A stretch of 63,741 nucleotides of DNA, filler included, from Octopus bimaculoides (taxonomy: Eukaryota): the NCBI RefSeq assembly GCF_001194135.2. It is 10 parts of 9 records of this genome, joined end to end, with 100 filler letters (N's around TTAATTAATTAA, not from the genome) between each part and the next. Parts side by side here need not be neighbours in the genome. Positions count along the whole stretch, not along the records: positions 1 to 19,313 come from NC_068991.1; positions 19,414 to 27,329 come from NC_068995.1; 8 more parts are not named here. One strand, 5' to 3'. Position 1 is the first letter of the stretch. Each line of letters opens with the position of its first letter. Of the stretch, positions 13,949-26,886 are shown one piece after another. The position numbers and the translations under genes were made by a program. The notes beneath the pieces are model-generated. The model saw nothing but the letters and a program-made list of their open reading frames with translations. It searched no databases and was not told the DNA's origin.

Positions 13949-14570
13949 GACCACCCAACAGTGTAAAATTAACAACAGACCTTCACAAAGAAGATCGTCT
14001 CTTTGCAATTGCTCAGCTACTGGGAAAGGCTGAAACAGGTAAGACTGTACTCGCTGGAGCGAAGGCAGGAGAGGTATGCAGTAACAACTGGAGTAACAAG
14101 GCGGGAGAGGTATGCAGTCTACTGGAAGATTCAGTATACAACTGGAAGATCCTGGAAGGAATTGTGCCAAATTTTGACATTGAACGCTACACTGCACAGT
14201 GCCAAAGATCTCAGCAATGCCATTGCGCTTCAGGACCAGTTACTGCAACAGCCTGAGTTGCAGGAGCCCACAGCTTTTTAATATTCTCTCAAAGAGCTTG
14301 AGGAACCTACACAAAGTGGATGAAGGGGTTTTCAAATCAAAACTGGACCTCTTGCTGTCGAGAGTCCTATATGAACCTACCTCATGGCAAGAGGTTCAAA
14401 TGGGGGTTGCTAAATCAAGCTCCATTCTTCACCAAGTGCCACATATTGTAGGAGGCTCTCAGTAATAACAGTGTAGCAAAATGGCGGTGCCCCAACACAG
14501 CCACAGCTCTGAGCAGAAACTACAATATATATATATAAGTTCAAAAAAAACAATAACAAAAAAACAACAA
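13949..14570 (+). mobile_element. CR1/L2-clade LINE 3' end, degenerate
   Basis: LSYWERLKQVRLYSLERRQERYAV and FKSKLDLLLSRV..EP are typical CR1-clade ORF2 C-terminal motifs; truncated by the gap on the left. Confidence 0.8.
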
Positions 14571-15333
14571 AGTGAGGACGTGATACGGATAATACATACA
14601 TATAGATTTAATCAACAATTTTTAGTCCCATAAAATATATTTACTTCCGTCAACTTAAGAACATCTATTTTGTTTCGTCAAGTACTAAAGAACAATATTT
14701 AAAGCAGTTTCTCTGAATATTGTTCTTTAGATACCATAGAGTCATTAGCGAGACAAAATACATTTTGTCGGACTACCGTTTAGGGTTTAAATGTTTATTT
14801 ACTCTCAGACTTTATTCTAGATAGCTGTACATAGCTTGTTTTGAACTCGTCATCCCCTGGAATACATACATTCAAACATACATATACACGTGCATACATA
14901 CATGCATGCCTAATATTTTTCTATCGAATTTCATTTCACGCACTGTAATCATAATACACAATAACAGACCTTTATAAATGCATGATCAACCGATGAAAAG
15001 TGTCGTAATTATGTATCCAGTAAAACAGTTTGAGTCTTGAATTTAACAACTCTTAGGCTTTTACTGAAATTATGTACAATTCATACGTTCAGTAGCTTAC
15101 AGGTTTGTGGTTTCATATTGACGTGAAGGTTGGGAGTCTTTCCCTTTCTCTCTCTCTCCCTCTCTCTCCCTCTCTCACCCACTCTCTCTCTGCTCTCTCT
15201 GCTCTCTCTCTGCTCTCTCTGCTCTCTCTCTGCTCTCTCTGCTCTATCTCTATATATATACATTTATATATATACTTACACACATATATGTGTATATGTG
15301 TATGTGTGTGTGTGTGCGCACACGAGCGCGCGG

Positions 15334-15364
<31 letters not shown>

Positions 15365-15496
15365 CATACATGTGTGTGTGTGTTAAAATAAGGTTTTCAA
15401 AGCAGTTTTAAGAATAATAACGGTACATTTACTGAGTGGGAGACTGTACTGAAAGAAGAGTGGAATTTATGAGAACATGTCGAGTGGGATTTTGCA

Positions 15497-15536
<40 letters not shown>

Positions 15537-15709
15537 ATTCTATATACCTGTCTATCTATTTATTTATCTATCTGTCTGTCTGTCAGTCTCTCTCTCTCTC
15601 TCTCTATTTATCTATATTTGTATAATAGTAAACATGCATAATTCTCGCCGTAGTACTTACTATGTAATATATAACAGCTAATTACCGAGTTTATATGAAG
15701 CACACACAA

Positions 15710-15748
<39 letters not shown>

Positions 15749-15950
15749 AACACAGACATATTTATTATGGATAACTGTAGCTATTGTTGTCTCGCTGCTA
15801 GGTCATCCATAGTTGTTGTTAATAATCTTACCATCATATTTGTTGCTGTTATTATATACATTGACCTTGGCGCATTTGTTGTTGGTTATTTTTTAAAATC
15901 CTTTTGTCCTTGTAACGACCTGCCTCATCATTGTTGCTGTTTATCACCAT

Positions 15951-16115
<165 letters not shown>

Positions 16116-16116
16116 G

Positions 16117-16512
16117 GATGCGAGCTGGCAGAGTCGTTAGCACGCCGGCCGAAATGCTTAGCGGTATTTCGTCTGCCACTGCGTTCTGAGTTCAAATTCC
16201 GCCGAAGTCGACTTTGCCTTTCATCCTTTCGAGGTTGATTAAATAAGTACCAGTTACACACTGGGGTCGATATAATCGACTTAATCCGTTTGTCTGTCCT
16301 TGTTTGTCCCCTCTGTGTGTAGCCCCTTGTGGGCAGTAAAGAAATAGGTATTTCGTCTGCTGCAACGTTCTGAGTTCAAGTTCCGCCGGGGTCGATTTTG
16401 CCTTTCATCCTTTCGGGGTCGATTAAATAAGTACCAGTTACGCAATGGGGTTGATGCAATCGACTTAATCCCTTCCTCCAAATTTGAGGCCTTGTGCTTC
16501 CAGTAGAAAGGA

Positions 16513-16515
<3 letters not shown>
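16117..16515 (+). mobile_element. Dimeric SINE family A embedded in (ATT)n
   Basis: Head gcgagctggcagagtcgttagcacgccg, two cores, tail agtagaaaggatt(att)n. Confidence 0.9.
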
Positions 16516-16547
<32 letters not shown>

Positions 16548-16860
16548 GGATAGTTCTTAATTTCCGGTTGTTCTTTACTTGTAATTAGGCAATAACAAAG
16601 CTTTGAAGTAATGCCTTCTCCTATGACTCAAAGAGACAATGCTCTCCTTACAATGCGAGCTGTATCCAAAAATGCTGTCTTCTGGGTCAACTCGAGCCTG
16701 ACAGCAGCTCCAATATTCTTAATATGTTTTTCAAAGCCCTTGGAAACTGCTCCTAAAGCTCCAATTACCACCGGTATCACTATTACTTTGCGCATGCCCC
16801 ATAACTTTCCTGTGGTTGGTATTTCTCAATCTTTTCTGTTTCCTTACATTTCACCCTCCA
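16548..16860 (-). mobile_element. R4/Dong-like non-LTR retrotransposon 3' end (restriction-like endonuclease C-terminus)
   Basis: EKIEKYQ..RKLWGMRKVIVIPVVIGALGAVSKGFEKHIKNIGAAVRLELTQKTAFLDTARIVRRALSL*, then a short 3' UTR running into (TAA)n at about 16518-16547. Confidence 0.85.
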
Positions 16861-17177
16861 GTCGCCTGGTGTTGCAACATCTATAAGCCTGGGGTAGGGG
16901 AGACAATCGAAAAAGAATAGGAACAAAAACGAATATATGAAGGAGAAAATAATTATAAATTTACAAGCGATAGAAAAACATAGACACTTAACACATAAGG
17001 ATATACAGTTATACATATGTATGCGCATTTATATGTATACTGTTTTTTTTTTATCTATCTATGTATCTATCTATCTATCTCTATATATAGAAAAGAAAAA
17101 AACTTAGAAAAAAGAAGACTTAGATAGGCTTCGACCAAAGATTGGTCCAGGCCATGTCTAACAAAACAGTAACGCCG

Positions 17178-17254
17178 TTCCCATGCCAGGAATCGAACCC
17201 GGGCCGCCTGGGCTGGGTGAAAGCCAGGAATCCTAACTACTAGACCACATGGGA
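17178..17254 (-). tRNA. tRNA-Glu(TTC) variant or pseudogene with a 5-nt insertion
   Basis: Minus strand reads TCCCATGTGGTCTAGTAGTTAGGATTCCTGGCTTTCACCCAGCCCAGGCGGCCCGGGTTCGATTCCTGGCATGGGAA. Perfect 7-bp acceptor stem, intact T arm and B box, anticodon TTC, T4 run 11 nt downstream. Lesions are D-loop GG to AG and a duplicated CCCAG. Confidence 0.85.
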
Positions 17255-17286
17255 TGAGATATGTATGTATGTATATATATGTACAT

Positions 17287-17336
<50 letters not shown>

Positions 17337-17510
17337 GCATGCATCTGCGCGTGTGCAGACACACGTACATTGTAAGAACATCTTTATGAATTAGAACTTA
17401 TGTCGAGTGCATTTTCTCTTGCTTATCACGGCAAAATAATATAGATCTATATATGTGGGTATATACATGCATACCAACATATATACACACATCTATATGC
17501 ATATATACAA

Positions 17511-17554
<44 letters not shown>

Positions 17555-18499
17555 ATATATAAATGGTGTATATGTATATATATGTGTGTGTGTGTGTGTG
17601 TTTATATATATAGACATATATACATCCACACATGTATATATGCACAGCAAAATGTATTGATATAAGTAATAAGGGAAGCAAATGTTAGACAAAAGACTGA
17701 AAAATAAATAGAAAAAAGGCGGGGAGAAAAGAAAAGTAGGAGACAAAAGAGAATGTGTGCGTTTGTGTGTGTATGAACGGTGTGTGTTTGTATGTATGTG
17801 TGTGTGTGTGTGCGTGTGTGTGGGCGTGTGTTTGCGTGTGTGTGTGTGTGTGATTGTGTATGTGTGTGAGGGTGAAAGAGAAGCTGAAGNNNNNNNNNNN
17901 NNNNNNNNNNNNNNNNNNNNNNNNNNNNNNNNNNNNNNNNNNNNNNNNNNNNNNNNNNNNNNNNNNNNNNNNNNNNNNNNNNNNNNNNNNNNNNNNNNNN
18001 NNNNNNNNNNNNNNNNNNNNNNNNNNNNNNNNNNNNNNNNNNNNNNNNNNNNNNNNNNNNNNNNNNNNNNNNNNNNNNNNNNNNNNNNNNNNNNNNNNNN
18101 NNNNNNNNNNNNNNNNNNNNNNNNNNNNNNNNNNNNNNNNNNNNNNNNNNNNNNNNNNNNNNNNNNNNNNNNNNNNNNNNNNNNNNNNNNNNNNNNNNNN
18201 NNNNNNNNNNNNNNNNNNNNNNNNNNNNNNNNNNNNNNNNNNNNNNNNNNNNNNNNNNNNNNNNNNNNNNNNNNNNNNNNNNNNNNNNNNNNNNNNNNNN
18301 NNNNNNNNNNNNNNNNNNNNNNNNNNNNNNNNNNNNNNNNNNNNNNNNNNNNNNNNNNNNNNNNNCGTGTGTGTGGGCGTGTGTTTGCGTGTGTGTGTGT
18401 GTGTGATTGTGTATGTGTGTGAGGGTGAAAGAGAAGCTGAAGAAAAGTGTAATACCTTATGAAAGATACGGGAGAAGAAAGGGAGAGGAAGGGCTAGAA

Positions 18500-18517
18500 G
18501 AACAGACTGAGACAGAG

Positions 18518-18562
<45 letters not shown>

Positions 18563-19170
18563 GGGAGGGGGGAAAGTGTGGGCGCACAAATGTGTTTGTT
18601 TTTGTGTGTGTGTGTGTGTGTGTGTGCACGTGTGTGTATGTGTATGCATGTAATAAAGAGAAGTTGAGAAAAGAGCGTAATACATTATGAAAGATACGGA
18701 AGAAGAAATGGAGAGGCAGAGAGAGAGAGAGAAAGGAAGAAAGAGAAAGAGAGAGAGAGAGAGAGAGAGATAGAAAGAAAGAAAGATAGAAAGAAAGAAA
18801 GAGAGAGAGAAAGATAGAAAGAGAGAGAAAGAGAGAAAGAAAGAGAAAGAAAGAAAGAGAGAGAGAGAGAGAAAGAAAAACAGGGAGAGAGAAAGAAAGA
18901 AAGAAAGAGATATAGAAAGATAGAAAGAGAGAGAAAGGGAGAAAGAAAGAGAGAGAGAAAGATAGAAAGAGAGAAAGAAAGAGAGAGAGAAAGATAGAAA
19001 GAAAGAAAGAAAGAGAGAAAGAGAGAGAGAGAAAGAAAGAAAAACAGAGAGAGAGAAAGAAAGATAGAGAGAAAGATAGAAAGAGAGAGAGAGAGAGAGA
19101 AAGAAAGAAAGAAAGAGAGAGACAGAGAGAGAGAGAGAAAGAAAGAAAGAAGGAAAGAAGGAAACAGGGA
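18500..19170 (+). repeat. Long polypurine (GA/GAAA)n tract within a compound repeat
   Basis: 18715-19170 is almost entirely A/G. Confidence 0.9.
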
Positions 19171-19215
19171 GACCGCGAGCACATGTGTCTGTCTTTGTAT
19201 GTGTGTGTATGTGTA

Positions 19216-19256
<41 letters not shown>

Positions 19257-19313
19257 ACGAGAAGTTGAGAAGAGAGTGTGATTAAGAGATTAGCAGTGAG
19301 AGAGAAGGGGTGA

Positions 19314-19413
19314 NNNNNNNNNNNNNNNNNNNNNNNNNNNNNNNNNNNNNNNNNNNNTTAATTAATTAANNNNNNNNNNNNNNNNNNNNNNNNNNNNNNN
19401 NNNNNNNNNNNNN
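19314..19413. other. Assembly placeholder gap (N44-TTAATTAATTAA-N44), one of nine
   Basis: The identical 12-mer sits inside N runs at 19358, 27374, 30802, 40631, 43716, 47662, 49314, 59761 and 62356; it carries stop codons in all six frames. Confidence 0.95.
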
Positions 19414-20366
19414 ATATATATATATATATAGATAGATATATATAGATATACACACATATATACGTACACAAACACATTCACATACAGATACAGACACGCA
19501 CGCGCACACACATATGTACTTATACGTAATCAGTTAAAGTATCGATTACATGCAATGAAAATTAAATAAACGATCTTAACAAAAGCAATTAATTTCACAA
19601 GACGGCAAAGAGTTGAAGAAAAGCCAAATATACAAATATGAGAGAATTACGTGTGACTTGCATCTAATGACTTCGTAGTGCTAGAGACGTGACATTAAAT
19701 TGGCTGGTCGATTTAATATATGCACAAGAATCGATTACGTATTATGGCATGTGTATTATTGCAAGCACAGAAGTACGTACATGACGTGAGCTTAATTTTA
19801 GATTTTATATTGCATTTAAACCTACAGGCTGCATCAAATTTGAATGATTAACGCTATGTGTGAAGCTGTGAAATATCGAATGCTTGTGGCTCTGTATTTT
19901 CTCGGCTGAATGTCAATAATTTAGTATATACTGGTCTATTGAGTCTTAAATGACAGCGCTAATGTTTTATTTCATAATGCTTTTGATATCATTAAAGCCA
20001 AGCTGTGTTGGCAAAAACAATCGAGTAATTTTGAAATTTCATAATGTAGCTAGTTGATTTGTGCCTCTATGTTCTGAACGAAATGTTTATATCCGAGAGT
20101 GAATAAAAAAAATAATTCAAGTAAAAATTGCTTTACTCTCTGACTCACTCTCGTAATTTTCTGCGTTTTGTTCCTTGTTTATTTTGAGCTGTTTTTTTTT
20201 TAATATCACAGGGATCAATAATATTCTACTGGTAACATATCGAGGTCAATCCATTAGTAAACCATTTTTCATTGACCTGCTAGGAATGACAGCTAATTTT
20301 CGCTCTAATCACATCCGACTATTGTAAAAAAAAAAATGAGAAAAGCATGAGATAATGTAATTATAC

Positions 20367-20402
<36 letters not shown>

Positions 20403-20683
20403 NNNNNNNNNNNNNNNNNNNNNNNNNNNNNNNNNNNNNNNNNNNNNNNNNNNNNNNNNNNNNNNNNNNNNNNNNNNNNNNNNNNNNNNNNNNNNNNNNN
20501 NNNNNNNNNNNNNNNNNNNNNNNNNNNNNNNNNNNNNNNNNNNNNNNNNNNNNNNNNNNNNNNNNNNNNNNNNNNNNNNNNNNNNNNNNNNNNNNNNNNN
20601 NNNNNNNNNNNNNNNNNNNNNNNNNNNNNNNNNNNNNNNNNNNNNNNNNNNNNNNNNNNNNNNNNNNNNNNNNNNNNNNNNNN

Positions 20684-20719
<36 letters not shown>

Positions 20720-20894
20720 ATGGCTTCCTCACAACTGCAAAGCTATAATATTATATGGACCTGCTTGACCAGTGCTGGTCTAGGTTTATGTTGTAATAAT
20801 CATAATCGACTTCGAATCTGGACAAGTACTCGATGAAATAGAGTACCAGTGAAGTACTGGGACCTGTTCAATTGACTGTAACCTCCAAAAAATA

Positions 20895-21090
20895 TTTCTG
20901 GGTTCTGCTAATATTGATTTCAAATTTTGACTCAAGGCCAGCAATTTTAGAGAAAGGGATAAGTTGCATACATCGACCCCAGTGCTCTGCTGCTACCCCG
21001 AAAGGATGAAAGGCAATGTCAGCAGAATTTGAACATAGACGGACGGACGAAATGCCGCTAAGCATTTTATCCGGCGTGCTAACGATTTTA
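20895..21090 (-). mobile_element. SINE family A, diverged
   Basis: Reverse complement of the family-A core and head. Confidence 0.75.
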
Positions 21091-21342
21091 TGCCTGCTTA
21101 TCGCCCGTTTAACTTCTGCTAATATTAAGAATCAATACTATTTCTGATGATAATTTTTTTTTTTTTTTTGGAAGACAGGTTTATGATGTTAGTTTTAGCG
21201 TTCAAGGGGTTGCCCCAGCATGGCTGTAGCCCAATGACTGAAACAGTCTAAAAGACGAAAGGTAAAATATTCCATATATCAGAACATTTGGATTAAGCGA
21301 ATGTCTGTTAATCTTATCTTCCACATAACAGAACATTTGTGC

Positions 21343-21447
21343 GGACCCATGGCCTAGTAGTTTGAGTGTTGCCCTCACGATCGCAAGATTATGGTTTCAG
21401 TTTCTAGACCAAGCGGTGCGTTGTCTTCTTGAGCAAAACACTTGGTT
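21343..21447 (+). mobile_element. SINE family D head fragment
   Basis: catggcctagtagt...tcacgatcgcaagatt...cttgagcaaaacactt resembles the head of 49370-49587. Confidence 0.55.
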
Positions 21448-21639
21448 TTACCTTCAAAATAACTGGACGTTTGATGGAAGTTATTTTCTGTTAGTCTTAC
21501 CTTTTGTCTAACAACAGTACTTTTTGCTCCAGTTATTCGCTATCATCTTAGCTCCAACGAAGATAGTCATCTCGTTGTTCACGGGTTCATGTACTTGTCT
21601 TTTGATCACACAGGAAATCCCTTAGCTATTCCATTTTAA

Positions 21640-21945
21640 GTCGATCGATTTCAATTTATGTTAATTCATGCATATTTGGGTTAATCGATTCGAATTTAGA
21701 ACCAACCATTTGAATTTGGGTCAGTTCATTTCAATGTGGGTCGATCCAATCGTTTTTGTGCCGACTCTTGTGAATATTAATCCTATCTATTTGAATAGAT
21801 AACTAACCCTTTCTAAATTTTCGGTCTAATCATATGAATTCGTTTGGGTAAATCTTTTTCAATTGGGTCAGTCCATTTCAATTTGGGTTAATTCATTGTA
21901 ATGTAGGTCGACCCAAATGAATTTGAATCTTACCAGCTTGAACTT
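21640..21945. repeat. Degenerate minisatellite of about 20-bp period
   Basis: Recurrent ttgggtcagttcatttcaat-like units near 21716, 21736, 21862, 21882 and 21902. Confidence 0.65.
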
Positions 21946-22956
21946 GCATTCTCTTATAAGTTATCATTCATCAAGCACACACACACATTTATGCATTATG
22001 TAGTCAGAGGAAGCCGCTTAATATGATCATTTTATAACGGAGCCATTAGATAAAAATAATCGGCTGCTAACATAAAACAGTAAATATAATACTGCGATGA
22101 ACATGTTTGGGATTCTCTGAATACGATAATGATGGCCGCCTGATAGCATTATCCGTGACTACAGTAAGCGGCTTTCATTCCATATACTACATTCGATATT
22201 ATTATCATGCGTTATTGGAATTGAGCCAAAATCTCATTCCTCTATTACCAAAGGATGAATTTATGATTGGAACTGTGTCCTTTAGTCGGCAATGAAGCAA
22301 CCTGTTTTTATCGATCCCTGAGGAATAAAAGACATATCGAGACCAGCGGGATTTGAACTACATAATGGCATTTTATATGATGCCTTATTGATTTTTACCA
22401 ACTAGCTGTTCTTTGTTATTAAGAATAATAGCATAGACTACAGCATGGATTTTTTTTTTTCAATTTAATTATCCGACATTAAGTTTTTATGTTCGCATTT
22501 AGCAATTTATGTGGCGTACAAATTCACTATTTCATTTAGCACCGAGGTGGAAAGGCAATAGTTTATAATAGTGTTTTGTGAAGCCATATAGCAAATTTGA
22601 TTACAGTTCCACGTTATCCTACATACGCTTATGACTCTGTGGACTGTTAACCCCATGTTTAGGTGTATAATCTACATTATGTGTTCATTATGCTTTGATT
22701 GTTTTATACATTAAGTGTCTGGTCCCTGGACATGTACATCAATTAGGTTCGAACGAGGAAATTTTATTTTGTAAGTTAAAACATTGTGCTTGTACATTAG
22801 GCTACTGTCGTACACCCCCGCACAACCACACACACATACATATGTGTGTATAAGAAGGGATGACCACTAAGCGGACATCCGATATGCTAGAAAGAGGTCA
22901 TCAACGACCCAACCACAAAGAAAAATAATGTTGTCCAGAAAAAATTCAAGTAGGAC

Positions 22957-23243
22957 ACATTAATATAATTTTTCTTAAATATTTTAGCAGAGTAAGATGG
23001 AAGAAATTCGTGTTGTCGCTATTGTAGCAAAGTGGCTAAGAATTGACTACAGTTTCTTAGAATCACATGGAGCATTGTGGGATCATAGGGTTGTATGGGT
23101 TGTAAGGGCTGTAATTCATATCTAATTGATTTATCTCTTTACTATCCATTAATAGAAATTGTAATCGATTCTTAGCTACAATAGCGACATGAATATCTTC
23201 CATCTTACTCTGTTAAAATATTTAAGAAAAATTGTATTAATGT
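22957..23243. mobile_element. Foldback/MITE with about 100-bp inverted arms
   Basis: Left arm acattaatataatttttcttaaatattttagcagagtaagatggaagaaattcgtgttgtcgctattgtagc... is mirrored, with few mismatches, at 23154-23243; spacer about 95 bp. Confidence 0.85.
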
Positions 23244-24012
23244 CTACTACTTATTAAAAAATTCTATATTTTGTACAGCTGAAGATAGGTTTGCATTCAA
23301 ATTGATGTAATGATTGCATTGTTCAATTAGATGGAGCCGCTTGAAACGGTCGTACTGCATTAATACTTGATATCCTGTTACTTATTTTGATTTTATTCAT
23401 CTAACTTCGAGCTGTGCAGATAATACGGGACTGACATGGTGCTTCAACTGAAGTATCTAATTCAACTGAATCTTAATTTTATATATATATATATATATAT
23501 ATNNNNNNNNNNNNNNNNNNNNNNNNNNNNNNNNNNNNNNNNNNNNNNNNNNNNNNNNNNNNNNNNNNNNNNNNNNNNNNNNNNNNNNNNNNNNNNNNNN
23601 NNNNNNNNNNNNNNNNNNNNNNNNNNNNNNNNNNNNNNNNNNNNNNNNNNNNNNNNNNNNNNNNNNNNNNNNNNNNNNNNNNNNNNNNNNNNNNNNNNNN
23701 NNNNNNNNNNNNNNNNNNNNNNNNNNNNNNNNNNNNNNNNNNNNNNNNNNNNNNNNNNNNNNNNNNNNNNNNNNNNNNNNNNNNNNNNNNNNNNNNNNNN
23801 NNNNNNNNNNNNNNNNNNNNNNNNNNNNNNNNNNNNNNNNNNNNNNNNNNNNNNNNNNNNNNNNNNNNNNNNNNNNNNNNNNNNNNNNNNNNNNNNNNNN
23901 NNNNNNNNNNNNNNNNNNATATATATATATAGCATATATATATATAAAGCATCCGGTGATCATCCAGTTTAATGTACAAACTGTTTTCTCCTCATAAAGA
24001 CACAAAAACAGA

Positions 24013-24062
<50 letters not shown>

Positions 24063-24128
24063 GTCAGTCTATCTGTCTGTCTGTCTGTTTGTCTGTCTAT
24101 CTGTCTCTGAGTAGCTGTGTATGTATGT

Positions 24129-24173
<45 letters not shown>

Positions 24174-24874
24174 CACACGGAGAGAGAGGGAGAGAGACAA
24201 AGTGAGAGAATAAGAGAGAGAGAAAGTGATAGAGTGCATGAGAGAGGGAGATTACATGAAGGGATAATTTTATGCGTCGAATATATACATGGTTGGTTCT
24301 CGCATATGCATTATAGATAGTTGCAATTCTTTAATTAATTAATTGAGATTATCCATGCAATTAATGTGTGTATAAATCTCCCTCTATGATAGACTTTTTC
24401 CACTAATGTAAAAGCATCTAATTCTAGTAGGATCAGCTAATCGAAGTTTTTAGAAAAAACAAAAAACAAAAAGATAATGTAAAGCGACGAAGCCAAAAGT
24501 TAGCAGTTTTCTTAGAATGTGAGTACAGTGCGTCATGGTACACGTTACGGTTCTCTGCATTCTGGTTTCAAATCTGGCCAAGGCCATCTTTGCATTTTAT
24601 AATTTCTGGGTCGATATAAAATTCCAAATAAAGTCAATGGATTAGTGGAGCTGTAAGAGGTTCGAGCGGGATGTTTTGCGCAATCTGTTTCAGTAAATTG
24701 AATTCTGATAACCACGCCTGCAACAAATCGGTGCCAGGTTGTAATGGCACAGAGTTTCCTTTTTCTTGTCTCGTATAGCCATCGGTCACATATAGTGTGG
24801 TGGTTTGCATGCGTGAGCAACTGACTGACATTTCGTTTGAAAAGTGATGCCCTGGATTGCGTATAGGTGCAAAT

Positions 24875-25253
24875 TGTTGTTGGCACTCCGTCGCTTACGA
24901 CGTCGAAGGTCCCATCTGAGCCGATCAACGGAACAGTCTGCTCGTGAAATTAAAGTGCAAGTGGCTGAGCACTCCACAGACACGTGTACCCTTAACGTAG
25001 TTCTCGGGAATATTCAGCGTGACACAGAGTAACAAGGCTGACCCTTTGAATTACAGGCTCAACAGAAACAGGAAGTAAGAGGGAGAGAAAGTTGTGGTGG
25101 AAGAGTACAGCAGGGTTCGCCACCATCCCCTGCCGGAGCCTCGTGGAGCTTTTAGGTGTTTTTGCTCAATAAACACTCACAACGCCCGGTCTGGGAATCG
25201 AAACCGCGATCCTATGACCGCGAGTCCGCTGCCATAACCACTGGGCCATTGTG
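24875..25253 (-). mobile_element. Full-length tRNA-derived SINE (family C) with a 12-bp TSD
   Basis: Head CAATGGCCCAGTGGTTATGGCAGCGG...GGTTTCGATTCC (A and B boxes), (CAA)n tail, TSD ataggtgcaaat at 24863-74 and 25254-65. Confidence 0.9.
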
Positions 25254-25584
25254 ATAGGTGCAAATATACGGGCAACATTGATCGACTGAGACCTTACAAA
25301 GATGATGCATATAAAAGTAGATTGTGTTTTTAAAGCCAACTGTCAGAAGTGACGGACATGTTTCAGATTTCATAAATACCTTCGGCGATCCATGTACAGC
25401 TCATTCAATGTATATGTAGAAATGAAAGGAGTGACGTTGATTATAAACGTTTAAAATGGCTGAAAGGAATTATCTTAGGGTGTCTTCTTTATACTAAATA
25501 CATATTCTTATTTTATCGAAATTCTGAAATGTAGAGGAAATGCAATATCATTTCCAACGCAATGTGAAGTCAACAGTTGAAGAA

Positions 25585-25975
25585 ACATGTGTAAATGTAG
25601 AAGTTTGCTTCCCAACGATATAGTTGTGGGTTCAGTTCCACAAGTGTTTCCTTAGGAACGTGTCTTCTGTTAAAGCCTCAGGCTGATTAAAAACTTTTCA
25701 GTGGATTTGGTAAACAGAAACTGAAAGTAGCGCATCCTACGTCGTATATAGATGTGTGTGTGTGTGTGTTACTTTCTGTCTGTTTGTACCCTACCACAAC
25801 TTGAAAACTAGTGTTGGTTTGGTTACGTTCGGTAAAAGATACTGCTATAATAAGTACCAGGCTTTAAAAAAACGTACTGGTGTCGATTCTTTCGACTAAA
25901 ACGAAAAACAAAAACTCCAAGTCAGTGCCCCAGAATGGCCGTAGTGTAATGATTGAAACAAGTAAAAGATAATAT
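25585..25975 (+). mobile_element. SINE family B, strongly diverged
   Basis: Recognisable head, gatttggtaaacagaaactgaaag block and gattgaaacaagtaaaaga tail. Confidence 0.7.
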
Positions 25976-26289
25976 GTTATTATCGACGTTTTACCGATTC
26001 AGCCAATCGCTGAGCAAAAATATTGCATAGGTAATGTTCACGTCATCATCAGATAATTCTCTTATACTGTTACCAATGTTGGAATGGAAACATTTAACGA
26101 GTGAGAACTGTCTGAGGTATTGTTTAAGTTTTCTCTTTCTACGTGTATATATATATATATTTTTTTACTTCAGGAAAGTAAAACCGTTTGTTACAGTTTA
26201 ATAGTTATAATAATAATAATAATGATAATAATAATAATAATAATAATGATAATAATAATAATAATAATAATGATATGATCTCCGAGTGA

Positions 26290-26470
26290 AACAATCAAAC
26301 GGGTTAACAAAGCATGAGTAATGTTATTTACTAAAGACAATTCTAAAGCAATTTGATATTCTATATTAACCGTCTGAACAATTACGCTCGTTGGAAAGTG
26401 TTTCATATTTGTAATACTAGCAAATCTCCGATAACAGACAGAGTATTAAGTATTCAATATGGATTTAATA
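26290..26470 (-). mobile_element. Short Penelope-like thumb-domain relic
   Basis: KHFPTS-type motif (consensus LIDKHFP) in the minus-strand ORF; the rest is highly decayed. Confidence 0.35.
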
Positions 26471-26685
26471 AACTACTACTACTACTATTACTACTACTGC
26501 TGCTACTGCTGCTACTGCTGCTGCTGATAGGAGTAAAATGTTTTTTTTTTGTTATTGCTCATCGCAAATGTTGGAGGAAAAAAATAAGATTNNNNNNNNN
26601 NTATATATATATATGTGTGTGTGTATATGTGCATATATATATATATCCATACATGCACATATGCATGCACATACATATATATATA

Positions 26686-26719
<34 letters not shown>

Positions 26720-26842
26720 CTCATATATGTGCACATATACTTACACATACATATATATGTACATACGTATATATATGTGTACATATATCTGCATATATAT
26801 ATTATATATATATACATATATACACATATCTTAGAGTGTGTG

Positions 26843-26886
<44 letters not shown>

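Noticed and set aside
19358-19369. TTAATTAATTAA recurring nine times, superficially like a regularly spaced repeat
   Set aside because: Always centred in N44...N44, so it is a scaffolding linker and not biological sequence or a CRISPR-like repeat.
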